A stretch of 61,869 nucleotides of DNA, counting the filler, from Parachlamydiales bacterium (GTDB taxonomy: Bacteria; Chlamydiota; Chlamydiia; Chlamydiales; Parachlamydiaceae): NCBI GenBank assembly GCA_020051075.1. It is 4 parts of 4 records of this genome, joined end to end, with 100 filler letters (N's around TTAATTAATTAA, not from the genome) between each part and the next. Parts side by side here need not be neighbours in the genome. Positions count along the whole stretch, not along the records: positions 57,942 to 61,869 come from JAGVJP010000102.1; 3 more parts are not named here. The stretch is one strand, 5' to 3'. Positions 59,690-61,869 of the stretch are shown one piece after another (position 1 is the first letter of the stretch; each line of letters opens with the position of its first letter). The notes beneath the pieces are model-generated. The model saw only the letters and a list, made by a program, of their open reading frames with translations, did no database searches and was not told the DNA's origin. The translations under genes and the position numbers were made by a program.

Positions 59690-60136
59690 TCAACACAATC
59701 CGAGTTGTTCTCTTACAGCTGGCAAAATGAATAAGTCTCCCTTTTTATGCAATTCTATAATCCCATTTCTGGTCGTCGTCTCATTGCTCAAGGGAATAAT
59801 ATATTCTCTAAATAATTGCCTAAGGCCTTCTGCGCGCTCATCATCTTCTAAGGGCAAGTCCAGATCTAGTAAGTTCGAATATTCGTTTGGTTGACGAAGA
59901 AAAATATTTCCACAATCTATTTTCACCAATTTTTTGCTTTTCACATATGTATTCCCAAATGTGCCTTGGATAAATAATTTGATATTTAAATAATAATATT
60001 TTCCAAAGTTGGACCTCTGCAACGCCAGAACATGGATCACTTCTGGAAATTCTCTAAACCACCCTTCAAAAGCTCTATCAAAACCACTTTCTTTAGAAAT
60101 GGCTCCGAAAATTTTCTTAAATTCATTTGTTTCCAT
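59690..60136 (-). CDS. DUF4304-like protein (immunity-locus associated)
   Basis: KESGF...GW...VLALQRSNFGKYYYLNI; GAGGTG RBS. Confidence 0.7.
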   Translation of the reverse strand: METNEFKKIFGAISKESGFDRAFEGWFREFPEVIHVLALQRSNFGKYYYLNIKLFIQGTFGNTYVKSKKLVKIDCGNIFLRQPNEYSNLLDLDLPLEDDERAEGLRQLFREYIIPLSNETTTRNGIIELHKKGDLFILPAVREQLGLC

Positions 60137-60142
60137 ATCACC

Positions 60143-60466
60143 TCAACTCACTAAAATTCGTGTTACTTCACCTTCTGCAACCACTTTCCCTTCCCACAAA
60201 GCGATATGTTGACCAATGTGAATGATGGATAAGGCAGACTCTTTATCTAAAAATTTAACAGAAACCTCATAAGACTCCCCTAATTCTAAAGTCACCCCTT
60301 CAAGAAATAAGCGACAATCATATCCGTTTTTTTCAATGTACATTGGACATCCATATATTTCGCCTGTGACTGCCTTTCCCCTTCCTCCTTCTAATGTGGT
60401 TTTGAACCTGACTTTAATGTAAATATCGGCTTTCGTGTGAAGGCTTTTAAACATATCTCTACTCAT
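60143..60466 (-). CDS. Small beta-barrel protein resembling EF-Tu domain III, probable immunity protein
   Basis: EGGR...YGCP...LELGE...VKFL...LWEGKVVAEGEV. Confidence 0.6.
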   Translation of the reverse strand: MSRDMFKSLHTKADIYIKVRFKTTLEGGRGKAVTGEIYGCPMYIEKNGYDCRLFLEGVTLELGESYEVSVKFLDKESALSIIHIGQHIALWEGKVVAEGEVTRILVS

Positions 60467-61016
60467 AAAATCTCGCTGCAGAAAGTATATCAGCCATCAG
60501 TTGCCAATCAGGGTTTTCTGGAATCGGCAATCCTTGGTTTTTATAGTAACCGTCCATATCATTTACCAGTGCAGATAGAGCCTCTAGATATCTATCAATA
60601 GCAATATTTTCCCATGATTCAGGATCATCGTAGTAATCTTGACTGAGTTCGTACACATAAGAGACAAAGTCTTCTTTTGTTTTGATCTCTTCCATAGCTT
60701 GAACTTCATCCAAATCTAAGAAATCACCCATATCTAAAATATCTTTAATGTCTTCCACCTCTCTGCCAGCATCAAGCATATTAGCCATCAGTTGCCAATC
60801 GGGATTTTCTGGAACCAGCACTCTTCGATTTTTATAGTAACTCTCCATATCATTTACCCATGAACCTAGAGCTTCTAGGTATGTTCCAAGATCACTATTG
60901 TGCCATGATTCTGGATCATCGTAGAAACTCTCGCTGAGTTCAAAAGCAAAAGACACAAATTCTTTTTTTGTTTTAATTTCTCTTATCTTTTTCGTATCAG
61001 TAATAATGTCTTCCAT
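60459..61016 (-). CDS. Acidic protein of two tandem ~80-aa domains, probable immunity protein
   Basis: IKTK..FVS...ELS...YDDPESW...YLEAL...VNDM..YYKN....PENPDWQLMA occurs twice. Confidence 0.8.
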   Translation of the reverse strand: MEDIITDTKKIREIKTKKEFVSFAFELSESFYDDPESWHNSDLGTYLEALGSWVNDMESYYKNRRVLVPENPDWQLMANMLDAGREVEDIKDILDMGDFLDLDEVQAMEEIKTKEDFVSYVYELSQDYYDDPESWENIAIDRYLEALSALVNDMDGYYKNQGLPIPENPDWQLMADILSAARFYE

Positions 61017-61478
61017 ATTTTCCTCACCATCATTGTCTTTCCTCCTCTATTTCCTCTCCCATATTCTTCGGCTGCGCCCTTCCCAAAACATCAGAGTATG
61101 AGAAGAAAAAGCAGCCATACGATCGATCTTTGTGATTTTCCATACCATGCTATTGACATCGGACATTTGTCTTTGCAAAAGTTCCATCTGATATACACGA
61201 TGGAATCGTTTTAAGGAAATAGAAAATTTAAATTCAGATTTAAAACGTTTATACTTAGTCGATTACATAAGACTTGAGGTTATTGTATAAGTCGAGAGAT
61301 GCATCAGCTATCGGCCAAAACTAATTTTTGTCAGCTCGGGGATTGTTAACAAAACTGTTCGTAGGCATACGGAAGAAGACTTTATACGCGTTAAGATAAC
61401 GTAACATGCATAAATTCAGATAAAAAGAAAAACACTACCTACTCATAAGTATGTCTGAAAAACACGTTCGCCTTATAT

Positions 61479-61733
61479 CGCCCTTTCAGGGCTCATGGAT
61501 GGGGTGGGCTGTCCCCAGGCCTGGTGGCTTGGGAGAGCATGGCTACTTTTGGCGAGAAATTTCCTGGCTTAGACCTTCGCCTTCTTGCAGCCCTTCAGGC
61601 TGCGATAGCTAACTTATTCATAACCAGGGCGTTGCCCTGGGCTGTTGCAATTTTGAGCCCTTCGGGCTATAGCAACAAACAGTCCGAATGACTGAAACTA
61701 CAATAGCCCAGGGCAACGCCCTTACCATTACCC
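61479..61733. repeat. Cluster of GCCCTTTCAGGGCT / CCAGGGCGTTGCCCTGGG REP-like palindromes
   Basis: Same motif family as 5628-5690; agggcgttgccctgggct pairs with agcccagggcaacgccct. Confidence 0.7.
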
Positions 61734-61744
61734 ATTTTTTTCAA

Positions 61745-61869
61745 CGCGAAGCGTTTGGAGTGCGGAAGTCCTCTTCCGCTTTATCGACGAACAGTATTGA
61801 TAAGAGCTTGTGGATAAATAATAGTTAGTTTTAAGCGATAGCACGAGATGTTGGCAAGCTTGAGGGAAA
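61745..61869. repeat. Partial copy of the CGCGAAGCGTTTGGAGTGCG element
   Basis: cgcgaagcgtttggagtgcggaagtcctcttccgcttt ... gcgatagc. Confidence 0.75.

Overview
Window from a draft genome of an environmental chlamydia (Parachlamydiales-like), judged from SycD/LcrH chaperones, a CopB/CopD-like translocon cassette, SEC-C-fused Map, a SpoIID-like protein and classical men genes. It is four contigs joined by artificial N-TTAATTAATTAA-N linkers (26621-26720, 43508-43607, 57842-57941), so adjacency across the gaps is unproven. Housekeeping genes (xerD, pgi, trmB, map, queA, ruvB, prfB with its +1 frameshift, yebC, pabB/C, menD/H/B/A/C/E) alternate with accessory blocks. The two best candidates for undescribed systems are: (1) a translationally coupled wecC-wecB-GT4-GT4/HAD-radical SAM-deacetylase operon whose radical SAM enzyme is viperin-like but has altered substrate-binding residues; (2) three tandem, divergent secreted collagen genes that each have exactly 22 Gly-X-Y triplets, N-terminal cysteines and a C1q/BclA-like head (a possible bacterial heterotrimeric, C1q-like collagen), next to a secreted GMC oxidoreductase with substituted catalytic residues. 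Also present: a type III PKS/methyltransferase/flavoprotein cluster, effector candidates (poly-Pro, CX5R phosphatase-like, WD40-like), an orphan immunity-gene array, and at least four families of palindromic REP/MITE-like repeats. All calls come from motif recognition by eye; no database searches were run.
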